Origin: Candidatus Hydrogenedentota bacterium
Lineage (GTDB): Bacteria > Hydrogenedentota > Hydrogenedentia > Hydrogenedentales > JAEUWI01
Length of the DNA: 64,000 nt
Assembly (NCBI GenBank): GCA_019637335.1
Contig: JAHBVV010000019.1
Span: 391-64,390 of the forward strand
Direction: 5' to 3'
Shown here: positions 30,073 through 39,330 of the stretch, piece after piece
How the letters are laid out: each line of letters opens with the position of its first letter
Position numbering within the stretch: position 1 is the stretch's first letter
The notes under the pieces: model-generated
What the model was told of the DNA's origin: nothing
Database searches by the model: none
The model's input: the letters and a program-made list of their open reading frames with translations, nothing else
Position numbers and translations under genes: made by a program

Positions 30073-31013
30073 CGCAGGCTCTCGATCCGCGCGCGGGTAC
30101 TGACGATTTCGGTGATGCGCAGCCCGAATTTTTCATCCACCACGACGACATCGCCCCGGGCGATGAGTTTTCCGTTCACCAGCAGGTCCACCGGCTCGTC
30201 CACGAGGTGGCCGACTTCTATGATCGAGCCGGGCCCCAGGTTGAGGATTTCGCCGATGGGCATTTCGACATGCCCCAGGCGCGCGGTGGCCACAAGTCCG
30301 ATATCGAGCACCATGTCCAGGTTGCCGTGGTAGGCGGGCTCGCTGGGGATAGTGGAATCGGTGGCGGCGGCCCCGAATCCGCTCAGGATATCGCTCATTT
30401 CCTCGGGGCTCAACTCCGCTTCCGCCGAGAATTCGCTCTCGCGCGCGGTCGGCGAAACGAGCATGTCATCCGGCACGCGATCGATCAGGGGCGCGCTGAA
30501 GAGGATGGCCCCTTCGCCCGCGATGCCCGACGGGTCGCTGAAGTGGAAGCGGGCGGCGCAGGCGCCGGTTTCCAGCAACGCGGCGAGGGCGGGCGCGCCG
30601 TCCGGGCCGCGTTCGTTTACGGCTGCGTCGTCGACGGGTTCGACGGGCGCGCCGATACGCTGGAGGAGGCTCGCGACGCCGCCGCTGAGGGCGGGGTCGG
30701 CGATTTCCTGGAGCACGGCGCGGTCCTCTTCGCTGAGAACGGATGCGCCCGTGAACTCGGTCTCCTGTATCATGGCGGCGAACTGTGCGGCGTCGTTTAC
30801 GGTGAAGAGGAGGGCGATGGCCCCGAGCTCGTTCTGGATCTGTGCCTGCATGGTGACGCCGAACTCCGTAAGCAGCGCGGCGGCGGATTCCTCCGAGAGG
30901 GGGACGGGATCGTCGATCCGGTGATCGAAGGCCGTGCTGAGCATCGCGTCAAAGACCTCGAAGGCTCCCTTGAGCAGCGCCTCACCGGCGATTCGTGCAG
31001 CGATTTCATTCAT
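30069..31013 (-). CDS. fliN: flagellar motor switch protein FliN/FliY (C-terminal SpoA domain with N-terminal extension)
   Basis: The C-terminus LDIGLVATARLGHVEMPIGEILNLGPGSIIEVGHLVDEPVDLLVNGKLIARGDVVVVDEKFGLRITEI is a canonical FliN/SpoA domain. Confidence 0.8.
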   Translation of the reverse strand: MNEIAARIAGEALLKGAFEVFDAMLSTAFDHRIDDPVPLSEESAAALLTEFGVTMQAQIQNELGAIALLFTVNDAAQFAAMIQETEFTGASVLSEEDRAVLQEIADPALSGGVASLLQRIGAPVEPVDDAAVNERGPDGAPALAALLETGACAARFHFSDPSGIAGEGAILFSAPLIDRVPDDMLVSPTARESEFSAEAELSPEEMSDILSGFGAAATDSTIPSEPAYHGNLDMVLDIGLVATARLGHVEMPIGEILNLGPGSIIEVGHLVDEPVDLLVNGKLIARGDVVVVDEKFGLRITEIVSTRARIESLR

Positions 31014-31022
31014 GCCCGTCCA

Positions 31023-32000
31023 TTACTCCTGGTAGAAGTCCAGTACCTGCAGCGCCGTCGTTTCGCGCCGCCGCCCGGGCTGCGCGAGAAACTTCGGGCG
31101 GCCCCCCAGCTCAACCACGAGCGGCCGGCGCGGCGACGTGTCGAGCTGGATAACGTCGCCCACGCTCAGGCTGGCGACGTCCTGAACGGACATGCGCGCG
31201 CGCCCGAGAATGGCCTCGACGGAAACCTTGCTTCGCAAGAGGGTGCGCAAGATGGCCTTCTGCGTGATCGCGGTCATTTCGTCGCTCTGCCGGCGCGAGT
31301 AGTGCACCTGCTGCGAGATCTGGTCGAGAATCGGGTTGAGGACTACGAGCGGAATGCAGAAGTTCATGGTGCCGACGGTTTCGCCGATGTGCACCTCATA
31401 GCCGACCAGAATCACCATTTCGCTCCCGGCGACGATCTGAACAATCAGCGGGTCGCTCTCCTGCTGAAGGACGCTCAGGCGAAACTCTATCAGCTGTTCC
31501 CACGAGCGGCGCAGGCTGTCGAGGATCATCATCACGATGCGCTGGATGATACGGTTCTCGATTTCGGTAAGCTCCCGCGGCTCGGGGAGGGTGAGGCCCT
31601 TGCCGCCGAGGACGCGGTCGACGATGGGAAAGACCATGGAGGGGCTCATTTCGATGACCGCGGTGCCCTCCAGGGGGGACATGTCGATAATCGAGAGGGC
31701 CGTGGGCCGCGCCACCGAGAGGATGAACTCGTCGTAGGTGAGCTGGTCGATGGAGGTCAGATCGACGCGCACGACGGTGCGGAGAAAGGGGGGGAAGATG
31801 ATGCTGATTTCGCGGGAAAAGGCCTCGAAAAGGCTCTGCAGGCCCTTGAGCTGTTCCTTGGAGACGCGCTCCGGGCGGCGGAAATCGTAAACACTGAGAT
31901 GAAGATCCGGTTGCGCCTCTTCCTCGGCCTCGCCGATGTCCCCCTCGGACACGGCGCCCAGGAGGAGATCGACTTCATCCTGGCTGAGAATATCGGCCAT
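31023..32000 (-). CDS. fliM: flagellar motor switch protein FliM
   Basis: The N-terminal CheY-P binding motif is MADILSQDEVDLLL. The FliM middle domain and a C-terminal SpoA-like segment are present. Confidence 0.85.
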   Translation of the reverse strand: MADILSQDEVDLLLGAVSEGDIGEAEEEAQPDLHLSVYDFRRPERVSKEQLKGLQSLFEAFSREISIIFPPFLRTVVRVDLTSIDQLTYDEFILSVARPTALSIIDMSPLEGTAVIEMSPSMVFPIVDRVLGGKGLTLPEPRELTEIENRIIQRIVMMILDSLRRSWEQLIEFRLSVLQQESDPLIVQIVAGSEMVILVGYEVHIGETVGTMNFCIPLVVLNPILDQISQQVHYSRRQSDEMTAITQKAILRTLLRSKVSVEAILGRARMSVQDVASLSVGDVIQLDTSPRRPLVVELGGRPKFLAQPGRRRETTALQVLDFYQE

Positions 32001-32049
32001 GCTAACCCTTCAATCCCGATCGCGGTTGCGCCCTGGTGGAAATTGAGGC

Positions 32050-32078
32050 GAGTATAGCACAGGGGCCGGGGTCGCGCA
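32050..32078 (-). promoter_or_regulatory. putative sigma70 promoter for the fliM operon (TTGCGC-17-TATACT on minus strand)
   Basis: The reverse complement reads CCGGTTGCGCgaccccggcccctgtgcTATACTcgcc, about 55 nt upstream of the fliM ATG. Confidence 0.35.
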
Positions 32079-32270
32079 ACCGGAACGGGGGTGATAAGAC
32101 ATTTAATTTGAGCTAGATACGCACCGGGGTGGCCTGGCCGTGGGGTTACGTCAACCCCCAGTCCCGCAGGTGCGTTGTTCCCTGTAGAATCTTTTCCCTA
32201 TCCCAAGATTCAGCGGCGGCGTGCTGGCGTCGCGGTTGCGGGCCGGGCCAGGCGGCGCCGGCTCGCGATT

Positions 32271-33113
32271 TTATTTTCGGGCGGTTGCCGCCAGGACGGT
32301 GTTGAGCAGGCGGCGCGCGCGAATGCCCCAGGCGCTGTCCTGGATTCGCAGGAGGTCCAGGCGTCCGCTCACCTTGGCTTCAAACGAGGCGAGGGTATCG
32401 GTCGAATCGATCCAGATTCGCCGGAGGTCCAAGGGGGCGTCTTCGGGGTAAACGGGGCCGTAGCGGTTGGAGCAGATCACCGAGAACCCGGCGCGAATAG
32501 CCGTTTCGCGGGAGCTGGCGTCGTAATCCAGCGCGGATCCGTAGGGATAGGCGAAGGCATCGATGGTCTCGCCGAGCACGGCTTCAAGATCGGCCTTGCA
32601 ACCGCCGATTTCGGCGGACTGGGCCCCGGGCGACAATGCGGAAAGCCGGGGGTGGGTCCGCGTATGGCCACCGATTGCGATCCCGCGCTGGCGCAGGGTC
32701 TGGATCTCTTCGGGCGAGAGAATTCGGCCGGTTTGCGAATCCAGATCGCCCGGCAGCGCGGCGCCCAGGCATCCGGACACGACGAAGATGGTCGCGGGAA
32801 AACCGTATCGCTCCAAGATGGGGAGCGCGTGGATGAAATTGTCCTGATAGCCGTCGTCGAAGGTGAGCGCGACGCCCCCGCCGCCGGTTGCGGCTTCCGC
32901 CAGGGGGATGACATTGGTGTGGCTCGCGAGCCAGGCCATCTGATCGGCGAAGGCTTCCGGGGTTACGTTCATTTCGTGGGCGCGGTACCCGATGCTGTGG
33001 TACGTGAGAATGCGTGCGGCCGCCGGGGCGCCGGGGAAAGAAGGCCCCAGGGCGGCGGCGGCGGCGCGCGCGGCGCGCTTGAGCCGGGTTTTGGCGGCTC
33101 GCGCGCTACTCAC
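32271..33113 (-). CDS. polysaccharide deacetylase (NodB/CE4 family)
   Basis: The NodB-type motifs are ILTYHSIG, TFDDGYQDN and GGHTRTHPRL. A GTG start overlaps the stop of the upstream GT2 gene (GTGAGTAG). The six-frame ORF extends further upstream, but the extension is an out-of-frame overlap with the GT2. Confidence 0.75.
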   Translation of the reverse strand: MSSARAAKTRLKRAARAAAAALGPSFPGAPAAARILTYHSIGYRAHEMNVTPEAFADQMAWLASHTNVIPLAEAATGGGGVALTFDDGYQDNFIHALPILERYGFPATIFVVSGCLGAALPGDLDSQTGRILSPEEIQTLRQRGIAIGGHTRTHPRLSALSPGAQSAEIGGCKADLEAVLGETIDAFAYPYGSALDYDASSRETAIRAGFSVICSNRYGPVYPEDAPLDLRRIWIDSTDTLASFEAKVSGRLDLLRIQDSAWGIRARRLLNTVLAATARK

Positions 33114-33954
33114 GCGGTCGCTCCCGCGCGGTGAGGAGCCCCCAGGCGTAGCCGGCCGCATAGCCGCAATAGGCGCCGAAGCGGATGAACTGAAAGCGCG
33201 CGAACGCCCACAGGAGCCGCAGGGGAAAGCGGGCGAGCCGGTAGGGAAGGGACGTGCGCGGCTGGAAGTCCCGGTCGTGGAGGGATTCATGGGTCTCCAC
33301 GACGCTGTCCGGCTGGAACTTCCAGGCGTATGCGGAGCCGTAGCCATTTCGGAAGAAGACGCGGAGCAGGCCGCGCCAGTTGGGGGGTAGGGGGTGGTGG
33401 ATGGTGGCGCCGGGCGCGAGCACCACGCGGTAGCCGGCGGCGCGGAGGCGCGCGCGGAGGTCGGGGTCGAGGCCGCGGAGGATATCTTCCCGCTCGCCGC
33501 CGACCTCGTGGAAAACCCGGCGGGGAATGGCGCAGCAGCCGTGGCAGGCGAGATCGCTGTCGGTAATCTCGCGGACGGCGGGCGTGTGGAATCGGGGAAA
33601 CTGGCGCGCCGCGCGCTTTTGGAAGGGGCTCGCGTCCGGGTGGGGCACGATGCTGGCCCCGGCGAGGCCGATCTGTTCGTCCGCATCGAGGGCCGCCACG
33701 AGGCGCGCGAAGACATCGGCGTCGGCCAGCAGGCTGTCGTCGTCCAGGATCACGAGTATGTCGCCTCGGGCCCGGGCGGCGCCCTGGTTGATCGCGCGGC
33801 CCTGGGGGGCGACGCCCGTGATCAGGAGGGTTTCATGGCTGGTGAAGGTCTGGCGCCGGATGCTTTCGAGGAGTCTGGGAACCGCGCCGTTGCGATGGCC
33901 GTCCAGCGAGGGGATGACGATGGAAATGCGGGGGGTGTCGGCGGGCGCGTTCAT
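33106..33954 (-). CDS. glycosyltransferase family 2
   Basis: ISIVIPSLD..., the DDD region (ILVILDDDSLL) and a GT-A fold pattern. Confidence 0.8.
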   Translation of the reverse strand: MNAPADTPRISIVIPSLDGHRNGAVPRLLESIRRQTFTSHETLLITGVAPQGRAINQGAARARGDILVILDDDSLLADADVFARLVAALDADEQIGLAGASIVPHPDASPFQKRAARQFPRFHTPAVREITDSDLACHGCCAIPRRVFHEVGGEREDILRGLDPDLRARLRAAGYRVVLAPGATIHHPLPPNWRGLLRVFFRNGYGSAYAWKFQPDSVVETHESLHDRDFQPRTSLPYRLARFPLRLLWAFARFQFIRFGAYCGYAAGYAWGLLTARERPRE

Positions 33955-34081
33955 GGGCGGGAGTATACGTCACGGGCCGGAACCGAGAAAAGGGGAGCGA
34001 GGTCCGAAGCCAGGCTGTGCTGCACCGCTCGCCAATGCCGCGGCATTGTACCCACGAATTGTTTCATGTACATTAGCCGAC

Positions 34082-34201
34082 TCAGGCAGCGGGCAACACC
34101 CGGAGCAGGCCCATGAACCAACCCAATCCCAAGGTGGACGATTACCTCGCCAACGGCTGCGGGCGCTGTCCCCTTGGCGGGACGCCCGATGCGCTGGCAG
34201 A
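34082..34201 (+). pseudogene. truncated duplicate of the 5' end of the YdeI/DUF1801 gene found at 36808
   Basis: Encodes MNQPNPKVDDYLANGCGRCPLGGTPDALAENKKRMGSLR*. Nucleotide-level identity with 36808-36880, and the upstream 34040-34080 also matches 36525-36560. Confidence 0.6.
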
Positions 34202-34228
34202 AAACAAGAAACGAATGGGGTCCTTGCG

Positions 34229-34996
34229 ATGACACGACACACCGAAGAGTTTGATGAATTGGTGGTCGTACATCAGGACCCGCAATCCCGCCGCTGGTTC
34301 CCGGTTGGCCGGTTGTCGTTTGATGGCGAACTGTATCATTTTCAGTACACTCGGGGAGCCGTCGAAGCCCACGCAGCAGGCGCATTTCTTCCATTCGGCG
34401 TGATGAAAGACCTGGAGGCTGACTACCGCTCGCGCAAGCTTTTTCCACTCTTCCAGAACCGCGTCATGCCCCGGTCGCGCCCGGAATACGCCGATTACAC
34501 GCGCTGGCTGCTTGGCGCACCCGGTGAACTGACGCCCCTGGAGGAGCTGGGCCGCTCCGGGGCGGCGCGCGCGACGGACAACATCCAGTTGTACCCGGTG
34601 CCGAGGCCGGTGGACGGTTACTACCGCATGTCATTCTTCGCGCATGGGGTTCGGCACTTGCCGCAAGCGGCGCAGGCCGTTATCGGCGAACAGGCGGCGG
34701 GTACGCGGCTGTTCCTGATGCGGGACATCCAGAACGCCCGGGATCCCGACGGCCTGGCGTTGCGTACGGAAAGCCCCATTGCCCTGGTTGGCTACTGCCC
34801 GCGCTTTCTCTGCACGGATTTCATGAAGATCGTGCGCGAAGACCAGGAAGCCATCGTCGTACTCGCGCAGGTTAACTCGGATGCGCCGCTGCAGTTCCGA
34901 TTTCGTTGCGAATTATCGGCGCATTGGCCTGAAGGGTTCCGCCCGTTTGACACGGAGGCTTTCCAGATGGTGACTGCGGCGGTGGCAGCCACGTAG
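34229..34996 (+). CDS. hypothetical protein with HipA N-terminal-like region (no kinase domain)
   Basis: LVVVHQDPQSRRWFPVGRLSFDGELYHFQYTRGAV and LFPLFQNRVMP resemble HipA_N motifs (GxL...F.Y...W; LPxFxNLLPEG). Only 255 aa. Confidence 0.35.
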   Translation: MTRHTEEFDELVVVHQDPQSRRWFPVGRLSFDGELYHFQYTRGAVEAHAAGAFLPFGVMKDLEADYRSRKLFPLFQNRVMPRSRPEYADYTRWLLGAPGELTPLEELGRSGAARATDNIQLYPVPRPVDGYYRMSFFAHGVRHLPQAAQAVIGEQAAGTRLFLMRDIQNARDPDGLALRTESPIALVGYCPRFLCTDFMKIVREDQEAIVVLAQVNSDAPLQFRFRCELSAHWPEGFRPFDTEAFQMVTAAVAAT

Positions 34997-35107
34997 ACAG
35001 ATTGCGTTATCGCGCTATACGTGCGTTGGCATTTGTTCGTGGTCGTTGGCGGATTTGCGGCGCGAGAGCCAGCGGACTATCATGTCACCCATCAGGAGGG
35101 CAGGGTC

Positions 35108-36442
35108 ATGTGGATCTGGATATTCGGCACGCTGGCCGTGGCTGCGGCGCTCATCGCCATTGTCGGCTACTTCCTTTTCATGCGCTTCCGCGCGCCGGGC
35201 GGAAGGACTGGCCGCATCGAGGGCGTTCTTCTCATCGACGGCAAGCCTGCGCCGCCAGGAACCCCGGTGGCCTGCTCGCTCTCCCGCGAATGCAGTAGCT
35301 CCCCGCGCTGGCTCTCGTTCATCACGGGCGTACCACGCGAGGATGTCGGTCAAAGTTTCATCATGTGGTCCGAATACACCATGACCGAAGACGAAGGAAA
35401 GTTCGCCTTTGAACGCATCCCGGAAGGCAAGGCCAATCTCGGGCGCGCCCACGGCGGATTGTTACGAAAATCCTGGCTCTTCGGTCTGGTGAATATTTCG
35501 CTCGAATCCAAAATTGAGGCGGATCAAGAGCGAACCGTGAGCGTCCGGGCCAATGAAACAACGTATGTCACGCTCGGTGTCGCCGCCACGATTCTCCGCG
35601 GCCGATTCGTAGACCCCCGTGACACCGGCCGGACTTTCAATAGCGTGAATTCCCATTGCGCATTCTTATCGAGCAAGGCCGAACTCCCGGAGATTCCCGA
35701 CGATGTCCCGCCCGAGGAGCGTGACGCCTGGTGGAAAGAGTTTCAGGCCTCCGAAGAGGGATTGCGGTGGCTTGAGCGCCTGCAGCGCATGTACCACATC
35801 GCCGTGGATGAACAGGGACATTTCAGCGCATCCAATGTTCAGCCTGGGCGTTACAAGTTGTGCGCGCAATTGGATCACGCGCCCGGCGGCGGGACCGCGC
35901 GACCCTTCGGGGAGTATGAGGGGATTGTTGAGGTGCCATCATCCGACAATGGCGACGCACCGGTCGAGTTGGACCTGGGCGATCTGCCACTATTGTTGCA
36001 CTTCCCCCTGAAGCCCGGCGAACCCTTGCCGGCCATCCCGGTGCGCAACCACAAAGGCGACCCGCTGGAAATCCCATCCGGCAAGGACGGTTACCTGCTC
36101 CTCTGCCTCTGGTGGCCTCACGACGATATACACGGCGTCGTTCCCAAGATATTGAAGGCCTTGGAGAAAAGTCGGGCCCGCCGCAACAACATACCCGAAG
36201 TGTTCGTCATCACGATGGACGGTCAATGGGCGCCGGCGCACCACCAATTGCGCGGCAAAAAACCAGATTGGCCTCTGAAGTTCGTCTCCGAGGAAGACTC
36301 GCTCCGGCTTGCGACGACTTTCGGTGTTCGTTCTTCGGCCTTCTTCCTGTTCTCTCCAGAAGGAACCCTCATCGAGGGAGAGATTGCGCCAGAGGGACTG
36401 AAGTCCAGCCTGCGCCGAGCCCAATATGCTCGGGCAATGTAG
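35108..36442 (+). CDS. membrane-anchored hypothetical protein with possible thioredoxin-fold C-terminal region lacking CxxC
   Basis: N-terminal TM (MWIWIFGTLAVAAALIAIVGYFLFM). C-terminal YLLLCLWWPHDD...PEVFVITMDG resembles a TlpA/redoxin fold but has no catalytic Cys pair. Confidence 0.4.
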   Translation: MWIWIFGTLAVAAALIAIVGYFLFMRFRAPGGRTGRIEGVLLIDGKPAPPGTPVACSLSRECSSSPRWLSFITGVPREDVGQSFIMWSEYTMTEDEGKFAFERIPEGKANLGRAHGGLLRKSWLFGLVNISLESKIEADQERTVSVRANETTYVTLGVAATILRGRFVDPRDTGRTFNSVNSHCAFLSSKAELPEIPDDVPPEERDAWWKEFQASEEGLRWLERLQRMYHIAVDEQGHFSASNVQPGRYKLCAQLDHAPGGGTARPFGEYEGIVEVPSSDNGDAPVELDLGDLPLLLHFPLKPGEPLPAIPVRNHKGDPLEIPSGKDGYLLLCLWWPHDDIHGVVPKILKALEKSRARRNNIPEVFVITMDGQWAPAHHQLRGKKPDWPLKFVSEEDSLRLATTFGVRSSAFFLFSPEGTLIEGEIAPEGLKSSLRRAQYARAM

Positions 36443-36807
36443 TCACCAGTCGCGATTCGAGCAAACCGACAGTCCCACCCGCCTCTCAATAGCTTCTCGG
36501 CAATGAGGCAGCATTGTGCGTCTTGAAGATTTCATGTACATTAGACAACTCAGGCAGCGAGCAATGAATTCGGAGCAGCCGCTCATGACGCGTTTCGTCA
36601 CCCATTAAGGATGAATGCCGCTTCTGACTGTTGGCGATCAACGGAAGTCCCGTACCCTCAAGTCGTGACCGCTTTTGGCGGGGGTTCGAGAAAGAAAACG
36701 CAGAGATACGGATTGACGCCTCCCGTCACCCACAAGCTGATGGCCGCTTGAGGCGGCCCGCTTGAGGGTGGCACCCGTCGCTTCTTTTTAAATTTCGGAG
36801 CAGGCCC

Positions 36808-37458
36808 ATGAACCAACCCAATCCCAAGGTGGACGACTACCTCGACAACGGCTGCGGGCGCTGTCCCCTCGGCGGCACGCCCCAGTGCAAAGTCCACCAA
36901 TGGACCGACGAACTGGTCCGCCTGCGCGCCATTCTGCTCGAATGCGGCCTGGCCGAGGAGCGCAAGTGGGGCGCCCCCTGCTACACCTGGGAAAACAACA
37001 ACGTCGCCATGCTCGGCGCGCTCAAGGAGTCCTGCACGCTGGGCTTCTTCAAGGGCTCCCTCCTGGACGACCCCGCCGGAATCCTTGAAAAACCCGGCGA
37101 GAACTCCCGCGCCATGCGCGTCATACGCTTCCGCGACGTCCGTGAAATTGAGGCGAGGAAATCGGCCCTGAAACGCGTCATCGGCGCGGCGATTGAGGCC
37201 GAGAAGGCCGGGCTCAAGGTGGATCTGGAAAAGGACGGCGCGCTCCCGATACCCGAAGAGCTCCAGGAACAATTCGACCAGGACCCCGCCTTCAAGGCCG
37301 CCTTCGACGCGCTCACGCCCGGCCGCCAGCGCGGCTACCTCCTCCATTTCGTCGCGCCAAAACAATCCAAAACCCGCGCCTCGCGAATCGAGAAGTGCAT
37401 GCCCCAGATCTTCGAGGGCATCGGCCTGCACGACCACTACAAGCAGCGCGCGCGGTAG
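36808..37458 (+). CDS. YdeI/OmpD-associated family protein (DUF1801)
   Basis: The N-terminal signature is MNQPNPKVDDYLDNGCGRCPLGGTPQCKVHQW. Confidence 0.65.
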   Translation: MNQPNPKVDDYLDNGCGRCPLGGTPQCKVHQWTDELVRLRAILLECGLAEERKWGAPCYTWENNNVAMLGALKESCTLGFFKGSLLDDPAGILEKPGENSRAMRVIRFRDVREIEARKSALKRVIGAAIEAEKAGLKVDLEKDGALPIPEELQEQFDQDPAFKAAFDALTPGRQRGYLLHFVAPKQSKTRASRIEKCMPQIFEGIGLHDHYKQRAR

Positions 37459-37537
37459 CCCAATCCGCCCAGGCGGGCGACAGCGGCCGAGTTATCATCA
37501 TATTGAACCTCGCGCCTAACGCGTCACACACTCCCCC

Positions 37538-38575
37538 TCACTCCAGCGGCGCATCCGCGTTCCAAATCGGCGTGTCCCATCCCGCGATGTCCGCCGGCCG
37601 GACGCCCCGCCGGAAGCTGGTGAAGCTGAACTTCGTCGGGTTGTACGGCCCCACGAACCCGATTTCGCCGTCGGGCGTGATCGCGTCTTCCAGGCCCGCG
37701 GCCCAGAGCTGCGCGTTGACGAGCATCCGCCGGAACCCGTCGCTCACGATGTCCTGCGAGGCGCCCTGGGTGGTGGTGAAGACGCGTGCGGACTTGCCGG
37801 ACTTGCTTTCGTAGTCGCGGGTCCACGCCACCGGCATGAGCGTCTTCGTGCTGTCGACCGGCGCGTCCTTTTCCATGCCGTTGAGTATGATGCCGCGCGC
37901 GATGATGGTGGCGGGGGCAAGAGGGTTGGCGGTGTAGCCGCCGGCCTGGGTGTGCATGTCGGTGACGCCGCGCAGGATGGGGTGCTCGCTGTTGTCGGGC
38001 TGGATGCCGATGATGGAGCTCTGCTCGTGGTTCTTGCCGTAGTGCGTGACCCACGTCTCGCCCAGCACCTGCCGTCCGAAGCCCATGTGGAACTCCTCGC
38101 CCGGGTAGCGGTAGTCGTAGGGGTAAAACTTTCGGTCCGGCTCGATCTTGAACGCGTGCGTCGACGTCCGCAGCGCGACGATGGGGCCGCCGCGATCGAC
38201 GTAATCGGCGAAATGCTGCATCTCCTCGTCCGGCATACTGATGAAGCGCATGAAGATGACCATCAGGTCCGCCTCCTTCAGGATCTCCAGCCCTTCCAGG
38301 TGGCTGCTCCCCGGCAGGATGGTCCCATCCTCCGGGTTCGTCCCGAAGATCACCGTGCACCGGAAGCCGTAGTGCCGGGCCATGATCCGCGCCAGCGCGG
38401 GAAGCGCCTCCTCGCTTCGGTATTCGTGGTCCGAGGCGATATAGACAATGTGCTTCCCCTCGCCGACGCCGCCTGAACCTTCGTAAGTCACATGGGATGG
38501 GTATTCGGCGCGGGCCGTGAGGGCGAGCAGCACTGGTAGGGCGAGGGAGAGGAGAATGCGTTGGACGATGGGCAT
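37538..38575 (-). CDS. ThuA domain-containing protein (secreted)
   Basis: Signal peptide (MPIVQRILLSLALPVLLALTARA). ThuA-like core (KHIVYIASDHEYRSEEALPALARIM...ADLMVIFMRF...GGPIVALRTSTHAF). The start is chosen at the signal-peptide Met, not at the longer 434-aa ORF. Confidence 0.6.
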   Translation of the reverse strand: MPIVQRILLSLALPVLLALTARAEYPSHVTYEGSGGVGEGKHIVYIASDHEYRSEEALPALARIMARHYGFRCTVIFGTNPEDGTILPGSSHLEGLEILKEADLMVIFMRFISMPDEEMQHFADYVDRGGPIVALRTSTHAFKIEPDRKFYPYDYRYPGEEFHMGFGRQVLGETWVTHYGKNHEQSSIIGIQPDNSEHPILRGVTDMHTQAGGYTANPLAPATIIARGIILNGMEKDAPVDSTKTLMPVAWTRDYESKSGKSARVFTTTQGASQDIVSDGFRRMLVNAQLWAAGLEDAITPDGEIGFVGPYNPTKFSFTSFRRGVRPADIAGWDTPIWNADAPLE

Positions 38576-38683
38576 GGCGTTGGCTCCGGTTGCGGTTGCG
38601 ATGACTATAATGGGGATGGCGGGCGGAAGCAAAAAATGGAGCACCGGGACTTGTGCTAAAATGGAGGGGGTTAAAATGAGGAC

Positions 38684-38989
38684 TTGCGAATGGTAGCGAA
38701 TTTGCAGATCGATGAGGCATCCATAGCCGAATTCTGCCAGCGGCATCACCTCCGGCGTCTGGCTTTTTTCGGATCTGTCCTTCGAGACGATTTCACGGAG
38801 AACAGTGATGTGGATGTGCTGGTGGAATACGCTCCAGAGCACGTACCCGGGTTCATCGCCCTTGCGGGGATGGAGGAGGAATTGTCTGCGATTCTGGGGC
38901 GCAAGGCGGATATACGCTCAGCGGCTGACCTGAGCCATTACTTCCGCGACGAAGTGCTTCGCGAAGCACAGGTACAATATGTCGCGTAG
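38684..38989 (+). CDS. nucleotidyltransferase (MNT/MntA-like antitoxin of type VII HepT/MNT pair)
   Basis: The motifs are RLAFFGSVLRDDFTENSDVDVLVEY (GSx10DxD). Confidence 0.65.
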   Translation: MRMVANLQIDEASIAEFCQRHHLRRLAFFGSVLRDDFTENSDVDVLVEYAPEHVPGFIALAGMEEELSAILGRKADIRSAADLSHYFRDEVLREAQVQYVA

Positions 38990-39330
38990 CTCCACGCAAT
39001 TGCTATTGGGGCACATGCTGGATGCGGCTCGCGAGGCGCACGGCTATGTTGAGACGCTCGAACGGCCCGCATTGGACAATAACCGCCTGCTCCAGCACGG
39101 GCTGGTTCGTTGTATTGAAGTAATCGGGGGAGGCGGCGGCCCGAATGGATGTCGGCTTCAGGGAGACGCATCCCCAGTTGCCTTGGCGCAAGATCATTGC
39201 GATGCGCAATCGGATCGTCCATGCCTATTTTGACATTGACCTGGATGTGGTCTGGTCGACGGCTAAGATTGAACTCCCGAAGTTGATTGAAATACTGGAG
39301 GCGCTTATCGCCGAGTTTCAGGCCGAATAG
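38979..39330 (+). pseudogene. HepT/DUF86 toxin gene, frameshifted
   Basis: The N-terminal half (LLLGHMLDAAREAHGYVE...RCIEVIGG) lies in one frame and the C-terminal half (ETHPQLPWRKIIAMRNRIVHAYFDIDLDVVW, an RX4HXY-type motif) in another. The frames switch near the G-run at 39120-39140. Confidence 0.55.
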
